From Glaucostegus cemiculus (Eukaryota): 64,000 bases of DNA. How positions within the stretch are numbered: the first letter of the stretch is position 1; each line of letters opens with the position of its first letter. Shown piece by piece: positions 24,321 through 36,893 of the stretch. The stretch covers positions 1,426,001 through 1,490,000 of the forward strand of contig CDPCPM010000247.1 of NCBI GenBank assembly GCA_976551045.1, read 5' to 3'. Made by a program: the position numbers and the translations under genes. Under the pieces are notes generated by a model. The model ran no database searches. It saw only the letters and a program-made list of their open reading frames with translations, and was not told where the DNA came from.

Positions 24321-25586
24321 AGTGAAAACAGATGGTGAGAAATTTGTCCTGATTGTCAAGGAGCCACCGGGGGTTGAACCTGAACACATTGTTAATCAGC
24401 ATCTGAATTCCACTCAGAAGAACTCAACAAAGATCCTGATTAGTACACAGGCAGTTGATGGCACAGAGGCGAAGTGTCCACTAAAGCCAGTCAACAGCTG
24501 CATTACAAAGCCCAGACTGACTTACAGTGAGCAAACAATGCTGAACCAAAAGCTTGTCATCAGTAGTCCAAGGCTGGACACCAACAGCATCTCAGAAAAT
24601 GAACACTCTGTGCAGAAGCCATTAAAGAACACTTCCAGACAAAGCTATTCTCCCAAAAAAACTAGTATCGTAGTTAGGAATCCAAGCATCAAGGAAAAAA
24701 TTTCAGAATGGGAGGGTAAAAAGGAACTGGTATTATCGACAGAAAAAGAAAAATTGGTAAATAAAGAAACCAAGGAACTTGATGACAAGTCTGAGCTGGT
24801 GAAGCGGGTTGAGCAGAATGTCGCTAAGAAGGCTGAAGATAAACATGCGAATATTTGGAATTTAGAAAGCAAGGATGCTGGGAAAGAAAATGAATACAAG
24901 GCAGATGAAGGGAAAGCAAGGAGTGTGCAGGCTGAAAGCAGGTTGCTTGAGGGCAAAGAGAATGAGATAATAAAGTCTGATGTCATACAAGTTTGCGGAA
25001 AAACAAAAGAAGTTGCGCACATGAAGTTTACCACAACACAGCCCTTGACAATAGAGAGAACAACTGTATTGAGCCACATCAAGAAGCTGGAGGAAAAGGT
25101 GAAGGAAGATTCGGTGACAAGCCAGCTTAAGTTACCTGGTGATTACTATACACCTCAGAGACTTCAAAAGGCACTGGCCACCCAGGGAACATCACCCTCC
25201 AAGGAGAAAAAGGATGGCAGCTGCAGCTCAGAGCTCAAGCGTAAGCACATCCAGTCCAATTCTGATACGGAGGCAAGCGAGCCTATCTTTGGGACTGTGG
25301 AGAAGGTGAAGGTCACCTGGGCAAGCTGTAAAATTAGAAATGTGGAGAATGTCTACTCAGAACCTGGAACTCCGGACCATGACCTTGCAGTAAATCCTGT
25401 GCCCAAGCCTAGGCGAACGTTTGAGTATGGTACTGAAAAAATGGCTGGCCTTTGTACGTTAAGGAAGAGCACTCGGCAGTTGCCGGACTTGCCAGTTATC
25501 CCCCCACCACTCCCGTTGACACCTCCCCCTACTGTCAGCACAGGAGCACTAAATGGGAGAATAAGGTTAAACTCTAAAGATAACCG
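24321..25586 (+). CDS. DENND2A: DENND2A exon 2 (large, disordered N-terminal region)
   Basis: tctcgcAG|A GTG..., open for 1266 nt, donor CG|GTAAGC; contains IKEKISEWEGKKE, ENVYSEP, NPVPKPRRTF and a proline-rich tract. Confidence 0.95.
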
Positions 25587-26164
25587 GTAAGCAGGCGACT
25601 TCTGTGTTTGAAAAGGTTGGTTAGTGGGATAGTGCAAACCATCTCAAATCATTAATGTAGAAATCTGCAGTGTTCTTGTAATGATATGAAAGAATGTAAA
25701 AGGTGAAAGGGGAAATGTGCAAGTTCCAAGGGGAGTAAGCACAACAAAGCCTCTGCGGATGATGTGAAATAATGTCTGCTTTAAGTTCATGGTTTCATTC
25801 TTCAGTGCATGGAACTCCTGACCAGGAATGGTCTGACAGGAGGCAAGTCACAGAGCAAAGCGCTGTCTATGCTGTTTTCCTGTCCTGGACCTTACCGATG
25901 TGGTTTCCAAACAACTTTGTTGGGGTCCATGCTGGAATGTAAGGTAGAAAGAAAGGTTCAATTGGAAAAGGAATTAAAATATCATAAATAAGAACCTTGC
26001 ACTCAGAAGGATACCCACGTTCTCTTCTGCAACTTGTGCCGACTCCTTAACAGAGCTGTGCAACTGCCTCACTCTTTCTTGAGAGCCGTGAATCTCCCTT
26101 TGAGGATCTATTGAATTCTCCTTCAAAAGTTACTGTTGATCTGATCCCAGCAGTTCATTTCGGT

Positions 26165-26770
26165 TCATAATGACTTGCTATCCTTACCTCCAAGTGACCA
26201 TCTAATCTAAGATGATGGCTGAAAAATAGAAGGTACATACATAACAGCCTATCCCAATTTGAAAGCATGATGGCTGCTCCCCAGGTATGGACCATTATTA
26301 TCTTCTAGCCATGGTTGGAGTTCGCTGTACAGTCAAGGAGTGATAACTGAACCTCACAGGTTCTGATGTGGATACCTCAGTGTGAAGTGAATTCAGTCAA
26401 AAACTCCTTGCACCATTTGGAATATAGCTAACCCCTTTTTGTTCTGCCACCTTCTATCTACCAAGGAGAAGAAGAACTCTGCTCTCCTGGATTGTGAGCT
26501 CCTGCAACCTCCCTAATGCTGCTGTGCACTGCAAATTGCAAGATGTGATTTGCATCTCTGCCACTGGCCAGAAGCTTAGAAGTTCAACGCAGTGGTTACC
26601 CTCACTGCCACTAACAAGATGGTTCCAGCCTTGTTGTTCGGCTGTAGTTTATTTGGAGTAGGTGGCAGAGATCCATGAGAGCCTCCTTGGAGAAGAAGAG
26701 TCTCCTCCAACTCTGCTCCTGTGTTATTGTAGGAAAAGTGCTTCTGACAAACCTGCTCAAAGCCCTTTTA
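26165..26770 (-). mobile_element. PIF/Harbinger transposase pseudogene
   Basis: QEQSWRRLFFSKEALMDLCHLLQ, VAVRVTTALNF*ASG, QFAVHSSIREV, MVQGVFD*IH, YHSLTVQ, YLGSSHHAF. Confidence 0.85.
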
Positions 26771-27139
26771 ACCCCCCCCCCCCATCCTCCCTCTGCCTCT
26801 TGCCCCTTGTCGTCCACCTTCTGCAGAAGCTTTAGAACTGTGGCCACCAAAACCTCCTAGTAAGGATGCCTTTGGTCTGGCCTCAAATAAAATGTATCTG
26901 TTAGCCATAGCATTTAACTTCCAAAACTCCCACAGTATCCACCAATTAATTATGCAAGTGTGTATTACCAAATCCTTTTCTAATCAATTTAAGAACAAAG
27001 CTGAAAGTCATGGAGGAGTGCTTTAAATAAACCAAGTGTGCATTTTAGGCTGCTAATTACCAGCTTCTTTCTCTGGACATGATTATTTCATGGCATTAGC
27101 ATGAAGTGGAAAAATTTGGCCCAAGGTACTTCAGTTTCA

Positions 27140-27380
27140 TAGTTTGTCCCTTAACAATGCCAAGCATCCCTTTCCCATTTAACAGCCTTTGCAAAGCTTC
27201 CTATTTGAAATCCCTTTGTTCCTCTATTCTTTTTGAAATTGTAGAAATTTAGTTTGTATTGCCTCTGCCTATTCTTCCTATTCAGATGTGTTACTTCATA
27301 CTCATTGCATGTTTTACCACTGCCTGCCCATTTCATCAGTGTGCCAATGCTTTCCTGAAGTCTCTTCCCATTCTCCAAGG
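27140..27380 (-). mobile_element. Old CR1 RT fragment
   Basis: RLQESIGTLMKWA...EVTHLNRKNRQRQYKL resembles the CR1 RT C-terminus. Confidence 0.65.
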
Positions 27381-27487
27381 TTTATCATATCTTATAAATG
27401 TACAAAAGAGTAATCCTAAATACTTTATGGAGTGATGCATTTAATTGAGATATGAATCATATCTGTCATCTGCTTTTATTGATACAG

Positions 27488-27639
27488 TCGGAAATCTTTT
27501 GAATTTGAAGATGTAAAAGACCTTCAAAGGCTTCCGTCTCCTAATTTCTGCGGAAATGGGCAGGTGGATTGGTATGCTCAGTCAAAGTTGGCACTGAACT
27601 GCGCTTTATCAGAAGAAAACATATATGAGGATATCCTAG
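27488..27639 (+). CDS. DENND2A: DENND2A exon 3 (RKSFEFED...VDWYAQSKL...SEENIYEDIL)
   Basis: tacAG|T CGG AAA TCT; donor G|GTAAGC; phase 2 to 1. Confidence 0.95.
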
Positions 27640-28169
27640 GTAAGCTTCAGGATCTGTGAACTCAATTCTTCAGCATACAGCTGTCTTTTGTTGAGAATCT
27701 GATTGTGTGATTCTGGATAGAATGTTGGATTTATACTGTATCAATGACTTGGAATGGCTAAAATTGCAAATGATTCATATTTGAAATGGGTTCAAATAAT
27801 GTAGGCAAACCAGATAAAAAGGAATTTGAATGAACTGGGTATAAAGTAAGAAAGGAAATGAAGTGTATCAAGCAGCAGTAATTATGTGATGCAAAGCTTG
27901 GATCGTACCAGTGTAAAGAATTGAATCCCCAGGAAGGAAAGTGTTTCTAGAATGGAACATGTGACTTAGATTTGAAGTGCACAGTAAATCTTAATGTCAA
28001 CTCCAGGTGGAAGAATACATTTAGAAAGGTGCATTTGAAGCTTTCAAGGAAGAGAAGGCAGAAGTGTTAGCTTAGTGATCAAAAGTATAATTGGGAAAAT
28101 ATATCCCAGAAAAGAAATATTGCAACACAGAGAATGTAAGAAACATAAGGTGGCTGTGATTGTTAGAGG

Positions 28170-28540
28170 CCATCACTGTAGGAATTCCTCAGGGCCTACT
28201 ATCTACCATTCCCTTCCTTTTCTGCCAAGAACCTTGGAGATCCTTTTAAAAGCTTCTGCAACAAACTTGCTTCATAGCACTTCCCAAACATTAGACCTTG
28301 TCCTCTGATGTGGTAGAAGTCAGCAGACATCACCTGAAAATTCTCCCCTCAGTTGCACAGCACCCTTGCTTGAAAAATAAAACCACCGTTCCTTCTTTTG
28401 CTGGGGCAAAGCTCTAGAACTCCCTAACTGAGAACTCTGAGAGAGCACCTTCATCACAAGGGATGCAGCAGCTCAAGATGGTGATGCCTCTGCCACTTTC
28501 TCAAAGTGGTAGCTGCCAATGTAAGAAACAAAAAAAATCT
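28170..28540 (+). mobile_element. Old CR1/L2-group LINE 3' fragment
   Basis: gctctagaactccctaactg...ggatgcagcagctcaagatgg is homologous to 40080-40150. Confidence 0.55.
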
Positions 28541-29148
28541 CTGAAGGCATGAAAGACAGTAACTTGTTTGCTTGATCAAAATATATGGAGGAGAAAAGGG
28601 TTTACTTGTTCGATTATTTAACTAAAGTGAAGTTTGGTTTCTTTGAAGGGTGTTGATTTCTATAGAGTGCATCGGCAAGAGTATTGAATATTGTGTGTGT
28701 GTGTGTAAGAGCAAGAATGGCACAGAACAGATCTCTGGCAGCACGTGGGTTGCTGATTCAATTTAAAGCTGTGACAAAGTTAACTGAAAGTAATTAGGTT
28801 TTTGGTTATGCAAGTTTTTTTATATGTGGAATACCTTGACAGATCATCTCTAAGGTCATTGGCTAAGTGTTGATGAACAGAATTCCAGTGAAAAGTAGCA
28901 TAGTCACCACTGGAGTGTCCACGTCATAAATCACTGTGGCAATCCGCGACTAAGGCAGAATTTCCAAACTGAGAGGCGATTAAAAAAAATAATTAGCAAT
29001 GATCAGTATAATGATGGAAATTACTAATGTTGGGGCACAGGATGATTGAAAATTAGGAACAATCAACTTTCCAAAATCACCTTTGGAAATGTATTTGGCT
29101 TTAAAGGATAATGTATTTGGTGCTATTATTTTTTTATTGATATCACAG

Positions 29149-29297
29149 ACATTCCCAAGGAAAACCCTTATGAAGATATAGAATCTGCAGACAGGCACCC
29201 ACTAGGGAAACAGTGCACTCAAGTTCTTCCTTCTTCAGCCAGCTCCACCCCCAAGCCAGGATCTCCATCAGAAAACAGACCAGACACACCCACAAAG
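29149..29297 (+). CDS. DENND2A: DENND2A exon 4 (DIPKENPYEDIE...PDTPTK)
   Basis: cacAG|AC ATT CCC; donor AAG|GTAATG; phase 1 to 0. Confidence 0.94.
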
Positions 29298-29907
29298 GTA
29301 ATGCAAATAGAATAAATGTTTGTTTTTGCCACCTGGATAAAAACATTGCTGAACCGCTCTGGAATCTGCCTCATCTTCTTTCTGTCAAATCCTCTGCACA
29401 GCTCACTGGGGGATTTTTGTGGATAGACAAGTCCAGGCTGCTTTTCCTGAGAAACGTTGCAAAGCACAGTCCTCTGTTGCAACAGTCTGAGTACACCAAA
29501 TCAAACTGGCTCATGATATGAAAGAAACTTCATTGACAATCAAGAGATTTTTTTGAATGTTGGCTCTTTGAAGAGAAACCAGTGCTTTCCAAAATAAACT
29601 GTAGTCATTCCAAATGAGAATCCAGTGCACTTGCTAATCAGAGCACATAAATACAAGACCAGAGGTCGGATAGCATCAGCAGCATGGAACTGCTATAGAC
29701 TTGTCTTTTTGAAGTACTACTTTTAAAATAGAGGACTATCTGCTTAGAATTACCTCAATTTTTTTGATAGGATTGATTAATATGGTTGTATTCTCAAACT
29801 ACTGTTCAAAGAATTGTATATTTCATGCATTGATCGTCACCTGGTCAGCTCTGTTCATTCTGTTGCCTTTTTGATGGTTAATGTGGAGATCTGCTCTGTT
29901 TTCACAG

Positions 29908-30108
29908 CTTCCTTTGAAAACTCCCTCCCTCTTTCGACACTCCTCAGAGAGGAGGAGTTTCAAATTGCTGGATCTAAGAAAAATCAGTAAAGATGGCGTT
30001 AGTTCACCACCAAAAGCCAGTCCACCTTCCACCCCCAGCAGTCCAGATGATACTCTGAGCCTGGCAGGAGACTCTCAATTACTAAAAAGAAGAAGAAAGA
30101 TTCCTAAG
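29908..30108 (+). CDS. DENND2A: DENND2A exon 5 (LPLKTPSLFRHSSERRSFKLLD...RKIPK)
   Basis: ttttcacAG|CTT; donor AAG|GTCTGT; SPPSTPSSPDD motif. Confidence 0.94.
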
Positions 30109-30586
30109 GTCTGTAACTTTCCGCAGATTCTCTTTTCAGTTAATCTGAGTGTCAGTTAATCGTAGACAGAATTTACCTGCAGGATTGGCATCAGCTGAGA
30201 TCGGGACAGGGTAGTGGACGTTGCTCGACCATCTTCTAGAAAATACCCACAGTAACTAGTGGAGCTCAAATGGAGCCAATGTGAATTGTCCAGTATCTTC
30301 ACTTCAGAGCAACAATTTATATTTATTGAGAATTTACATAGCCACAGAGCCAATGATGACTTGCTAAGTTGTTAGACTGTCACATCCTTTGGTCTTGATG
30401 TGAAACATGGTTTATATCTCACCATAGCAACTAGCTGGGTTAGCACAAAGCCCCAGATGTGAACACTGGTTGAACATGGCCCTAAGTCTGTTTAGCACTG
30501 TCCACACCAGATGTGGATTTCAGCAGCAATTTCTGTGCGCGCACTGTGAATCCTTTGGTAGAATTTTTCATTGTTTTCTAATGCAG

Positions 30587-30680
30587 GTGGTGTTGAAGAT
30601 TAATGCAATCTATGAGGCCAGGAGGGGGAGGAAGAAAGTAAGAAGGATCACTCAGTCTTCTGAGGCCAGCACGGGAAGAG
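30587..30680 (+). CDS. DENND2A: DENND2A exon 6 (VVLKINAIYEARRGRKKV...)
   Basis: atgcAG|GTG; donor G|GTAATG; phase 0 to 1. Confidence 0.95.
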
Positions 30681-32551
30681 GTAATGTTTGTGCATGATTG
30701 TTATCATACAGTCCATTGTAATTGAATACCATTCATTACTGTGGATAGACTCAAAAGTAGATTAATGCCACAAAGTTACTTTTACGTTTATTAAGAGGAA
30801 ATAATCATCAGCTGTTAAACACATGGGAACAGGAATTCCTTTGCACAACTCCAAAAATAACAATCCTGTGTAGTCAAAAATTAGCTTACCCCAGAATAGA
30901 GCAATATTACGCACTTTTATGGGTGTCCTTCAGGAAACTTGATGCCAGGATTTTCATTTGATCTAGAACTTTTTATCCCCAGCACCAAACTCCACCCCCT
31001 TCACCTCCCAATGATGCCAATGTTAGTGCCACATACAACATTTGTCTCCAGCTTGATTTGCAAGCTCGCTGGTTTGAAAACAAAAGTTTACCTACTTACA
31101 GAGTGATTAAGTTTTACTAAGCCTGTTTCCTGAAACCATGCTGGTTAAAAGGATAACATTCAAACTGCATTCTTTGCCCTCGGTCATCATTGACTGCAGG
31201 AGGCCAGGGACAGAGTCACCTTTGGCTTCCTAGCCGCAAGATCATTCCAGGCTACTGCTGTTGATCTGTGCCACAGGTTTGCTGGTCATTACTACATTAA
31301 GAAGGTCATTCAAATTTTATACACAAGAAGTTAAGGCCATATACTTTTCTTTTAGAGGAGACAGAGCAGACACATTTTGCCTGCATTACAATCTTTCCCA
31401 AAGTGTAGACTTTCATGGGTTGAGCTCATGTGATAGGACCTTTTTAAAGACTTTCCAGACAATGTCCTAAAGGGGTGCACCTGTCTATAGCCCTGGAAGA
31501 TTTCCTTTGGCTTGTTTCACAGAGAGCATGCCCCTTGTGCACAATGACTTTAATCAGCATATACAGTTCCCTCTGATAATCCCCTCGCCACTCCCAGGAG
31601 CATTCCCAATCCCTACCATAATTGCAGTTTCCAGTTATTAAGTAACAACACTCCCCTGTATCAGGAAGAGTGCTGATTGCATTGTGGTATGCCCTTTTAA
31701 GACTTATCTGCAGAACTCTTATCTCATTAAAACACAAAATTGTGATGGGGCTTAACCGGTTGGGAGCAGGGATGATGGTGGGGGGAGGTTTGAATCAGGG
31801 GTCACATCCAGTATTAGACTGGTTCGTGCTGCATTTTGGAATTCCTGACTATTTGAGCACTGAAATATTGTCATTAAAATGATATTAAATTCGGTTTCCA
31901 TGGGCATGTGAATTGGAGCTGGAGGAACCACTTGGAGAAGTGGTGTACTTGCATTTCAATTCATCTGGAGAAAATGGTAAGTAGAAAATAGTAGACACCA
32001 CACAGTTTAGATGTGGAATTACCTCTTACATTTGAACTTGCCAGTTAGTTTCTGGAAACACTCTCCTTTTGATAGTGCCAGTTAAGGAAGTACTGATTAG
32101 TGAAATTGTATCTTCTATCCCTACTAATGGCACCAGTGAGGCAAACACATTTTAGTAGTTTTTATAAGGAATATTTTCAAATAAAACAAATGATTAATTC
32201 TGGCTGTTCAAGTATGTTTTATGAAAAAATGTGTTAACATTGACCTCCTTTCATGCGTGTAAATCAAATCACAGTCCAGAAGATTGGGAAAGTGTGCAAG
32301 TCAGCATGTGTAGTGTTATATCTTCCAGTTCCTATAACAAAATATCCATTATTACTACTTCCTCTTCCCTCAGAATTATCAAGCTATTGGGGGATTAAAG
32401 TAAATTCCTGACAGGGACATGAGATTCATTTATGGAAGAAATTGGTAGTGATGAACCTGATTAAATACCTTGTACATACTAAAATTTCCTGCAATAAAAT
32501 TAGCAGAACGTCAATAGATGCTTCTTCACAAGACAACTTGTGTCAATTCAG

Positions 32552-32602
32552 TTACAGACGAAAACAGTGAAACCGACAGTGAGACTGAAGAGAAACTTAA
32601 AG
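32552..32602 (+). CDS. DENND2A: DENND2A exon 7 (VTDENSETDSETEEKLK)
   Basis: attcAG|TT ACA GAC GAA; donor G|GTAAGC; 51 nt, phase 1 to 1. Confidence 0.93.
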
Positions 32603-33547
32603 GTAAGCCAATTCTTGTACAAGATGATTATTAATAATCTTCTTCATTGTTCTTTTATGTTGTTCCCATCAATTCCAAGGCTTTCCTAGAATGGTAGAGA
32701 TCAGTTTGAATTAGCTACAGACCCATTGCATGCATTAATGTAATGAAGTGGAAGGGGTGCTCTGGCAACCACCCCAGATCCTCTGGCTAAATGCGGTAAC
32801 TTCAAACAGATAAACTTGGTGTCCGAGAGCCTACTAACTGCACACTGTCTGCAGGTGCTCCTGGGTGTGGATTGAAGATGTAAACCTCTGTCATTTTTTT
32901 TATCACAGCCCTTGCTGGATGAGAAAGTACCTGTACCATCAATTACGCTTGTCGTGCTGGCCCAGTTTAGGATTTTGGGGTAGGATGTGGAGGGGAAGTG
33001 CAGAACTTCCTATGAGGGAAATTAAATGCTGGGCATTTTGAGATTGCATTTACCACAGAGACTGGGTAAAGGATGTAAAATCAATCCAAGGTACTTCACG
33101 TAGGTATAGTAAAAATTGGATGTTAAGCTACAAAAAAATTGTTAGGAATGATTGCCAAATATTCAGGCAAAGATGTTTGAAGGGCTGTCCTTAGAACAGG
33201 GATGGAGGTGGAAGCCAAAGGAATTAGTGGTGGCAATATCAGAATATATTACTTGGAAAACTGCTTATAATAGCCACGACTGCCAGTGAAGAGCCCAACT
33301 GCATTAGAGGTCAGAGTCAGAGCAACTGTGTGTTTTGTAGCTGATTTTTTTTTTTGGGAGGTGTTCGTCTTGCAAACCCACAAAACAAATGGCTGGGAAA
33401 GGCTGGCTGACCAGTTCATCCAGTTTCCCACAATCGTGCTGAAGTTGAGCATTATGACCCCGTGTTCCCATCCATCAGCAGTCATTTAATTTCCCATGAT
33501 CACCTGCACAAAGAGTACTGGGCAAATTTAGGAGAAGAAATAATTCT

Positions 33548-33990
33548 AGGGAAATCATGTTTGTTTCTCAACTCTTTCACCACGTCCCCGCCCCAAAGGT
33601 GATTGAAGTCAGATGGAGGAGGTGAAGTACATCTCTTTTGCACCATGTTTCTCCTGGCTTTCTGTAGCTAATTTAATTACTATAGTTTATCTACAGGCAC
33701 ACGGGTATAACTGCCAGCATTTCCAGGTGCTTTAGGTCAGAAAGTGGGAGCTTGGCAGAGGCCGATCGCTGAGCCTCCAGCTTTCTGACCTCGCTGTACG
33801 CCATTCAAATTGGTCATCACTAGGAGCTGGGAATCTCCTGCCTTTTGTGATGGTGGATGACCAGCAATCCTGGCTCCACCAAAATCTCTTGGTGCTTCTG
33901 AGCCACTGAATGGTGGGAGGCCTCTTGCTGGGTGAGGCCACTTTAAGTATCAGTTTGGGGGTGGGGTGTGGAGAAGTGTAGAATTTCCTG
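33548..33990. mobile_element. Fold-back MITE with a central hairpin
   Basis: Left ...ccacgtccccgccccaaaggtgattgaagt mirrors right actttaagtatcagtttgggggtggggtgtgg; central inverted repeat at 33734-33791. Confidence 0.55.
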
Positions 33991-34939
33991 TGAGGGAGAC
34001 TTAATACTGGGCAATGTTGTACGTGTTGGTAATCCAGATGGGAGAAATGTAATCAATGGTGAATGGTATCCTTGCAAAAATATCAATGATAATGTAGGGA
34101 AATGATTACTGAGACATTAATAATGATTGCCACAATCAGTCTATGCATTTAAAGTGCATTAGCAGATGGAAGAACTGTGTACATTCAAACCTTTGGATGT
34201 GGTTTCAGTATATATATTCTGTTTTCTCACTCTCAGCAATACACTGTTATAATGTGTGGTCTGCTTCAATAATTGGAAACCTAAGTTACTATAAGATGTA
34301 GTCCTAAGGCTGAGATAGAAAATAATCATCAGTGCATGTTGCAATAAGAGAAAGAAAAGAGGGCCTTTGTTTCAATAAGTATGGCAAAATATGATCACGG
34401 TGCTGTGAACTGAGAAACCATTCTCCATCATTAAGTTATACATTATATGTGCATGAGACTGCTCAAAACTTAGATTTGAGCATTCTTAATTTGTATTGGC
34501 ACACATATAATCCTGTACAATTCAGTAAATGTGAAGAAAGATTATTACATACATTCATGTCAGTATAAGGACATTTGGAGCATCCATATTACTTCATTAT
34601 TATTAGTAGTAATTTTTAAGTTATGTTTTTGGTGAAGTATGTACTTAAAATGCAAAGATTTCATTATTGGGACTGGATACCGTGCATTCCATGTCAGTGA
34701 CAGGAACTTTTAAGTGATATATAGATATAGTCAGAAGCAAATAAAAGCTACTTTATCCCAACAATCAAAAACATCCTACTATGTCTGTTCTGGGATTATC
34801 ACTGGGTGATGTTGGTGATTTGCCACAAGAAACACTGATACTCCTGGGCCTGAGCAGGTTGATGCTCCTGGGCCTAAAGCTAAGTTGTAGGTTAGATGGA
34901 TACAGGTACAGGAAAATCTATTCTTAGGATTTCAATCTC

Positions 34940-35220
34940 ATTTAAAAATAAGGGGTTGCCCATTTAAGACAGAGGTGCTTGTTTTTTTCTCTGGAGACCT
35001 TTGGAACACTCTTCCTCCAAAGGTGGTGGAAGCAGAGTCTTTGTATATTTTTAAGGCAGATGTAGATTCCTGATCAGTAAGAGGCTGGAAGGTGACTGGG
35101 TGTAGGTGGGAATAGAGATTTGAGGTTATAATCAGGTCACTCCCAATCTTACTGAATGGTATTGCAGGCTCGAGTGGACAAATAGCCTAATCCTACCCCT
35201 TATTTCTAATGTTTGTATGA
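34940..35220 (+). mobile_element. CR1/L2-type LINE 3' end
   Basis: aaaataaggggttgcccatttaagacagag...ttggaacactcttcc...ggctcgagtggacaaatagcctaatcct tail. Confidence 0.75.
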
Positions 35221-35365
35221 CGTCTGATAGGATAAATGAGACAAGACCACTGTTCTTGTCAAGGCAAGTGAACTCAGCAGATCAAACTGTTTCACCTCTC
35301 ACAGTGAATCTGCATCTGTGAATAGTTACTAATTTGAAGCTAAATAAGATGTAAAATTCAATTCT

Positions 35366-36815
35366 GAAACATAGAACATTACAGCACAGTACAGGCCCTT
35401 CAGCCCACGATGTTGTGCTGCATTTTATCCTGCTCTAAGATATATCTAACCATTCCCTCCCACATAGCCTTCCATTTTTCTATCATTCATTTGGCTACCT
35501 AAGAGTCTCTTAAATGTCCCTAATGTATCTGCCCCCGCAACCTCTGCTGGCAGTGCATTCCACATACCCACTACTCTCTGTGTAAAAACAAAAACCTTAT
35601 CTCTGACATCCCCCCATACCTTCCTCCAATCACCTTAAAGTTATGCCCCATCACGTTAGCCATTTTCACCCTGGGGGAAAAGTCTCAATGTCCACTCGAT
35701 CTATGCCTCTTATAATTTTGTACACCTCTATCAAGTCACCTTTCATCCTCCTTTGCTCCAAAGGGAAAAGCCCTAGCTCACTCAACCTATCCTCATAAGA
35801 TGTGCTCTCCAATCCATGCAGCATCCTGGTAAATCTCCTCTGCACCCTCTATAAGGCTTCCACATCCTTCCTGTAGTGAGGTGACCGGAATTGAACTCAA
35901 TACTCCAAGTGTGGTCTAACTAGAGTTTTATAGAGTTGCAACATTACCTCGCGGCTCTTGAACTCAGTACCCTGACTAATGAAGGCCAACACACCATATG
36001 CCTTCTTAACAACCCTATCAACCTGTGCAGCAACCTTGAGGGATCTATGCTTAGAGTCCTGCCATTAACCTTGTATTCTGCCTTCAAATTATATCTTCCA
36101 AAGTGTATCACTTCACACTTTTCTGGATTGAACTCCATCTTCCACTTCTCAGCCCAGTTCTGCATCCGATCAATGTCCTGCTGTAACCTACAAAAACCTT
36201 TTACACTATCCACAACACCACCAACCATCATGTCATCTGCAAACTTACTAACCCACCCTTCCATATCCTCATCCAAGTCATTTATAAAAATCACAAAGAT
36301 CAGGGGTCCCAGAACAGATCCCTGTGGAATGCCACTGGTCACCGACCTCCAGGCAGAATATGCTCCATATACCACCTCTCTCTGTCCTCTATGGGGAAGC
36401 TAATTATGAATCCACGCAGCCAAGTTTCGCTGGATCCCATGCCTCCTGCCTTTCTGAATGAGCCTTCCATGAGGAACCTTATCAAACACCTTACTAAAAT
36501 CCACGTACACCACATCCACTGCGCTACCTTCATCAATGAGCTTTGTCACATCCTCAAAGAATTCAGTCAGGTTTAACCTGCCCCTCACAAATCCATGTTG
36601 ACTGTCCCTAATAAGCCTATGTTTCTCCAAATGCACATAAATCCTGGCTCTAAGAGTCTTCTCCAGTAATTTGCCCACCACTGAAGTAAGACTCACTGAT
36701 CTGTAATCCCCAGGGTTATCCCTACTCCCTTTCTTAAACAAAGGAACAATATTTGGCACCCTCCAATCATCTGGCACTACTCCTGTGGCCAGTGAGGGCA
36801 CAAAGATCATCACCA
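35366..36815 (-). mobile_element. CR1 LINE ORF2 (reverse transcriptase) fragment, about 1.45 kb, candidate TSD AATTCT
   Basis: VPDDWRVPNIVPLFKKG, YVDFSKVFDKVPH, SGIPQGSVLGP, SKFADD; frameshifted; AATTCT at 35360-35365 and 36816-36821. Confidence 0.95.
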
Positions 36816-36893
36816 AATTCTATTGCATAATAGACATTTTATTCCAATTAATAAGACAGAGACACAATTAGATTAAATGAAACTAATCCCCAT

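Noticed and set aside
24645-25082. 145-aa antisense ORF
   Set aside because: Shadow of the purine-rich DENND2A exon 2.
32552-32557. Alternative in-frame acceptor TTACAG 6 nt into exon 7
   Set aside because: The upstream site preserves the recalled VTDENSE peptide; minor use cannot be judged from sequence.
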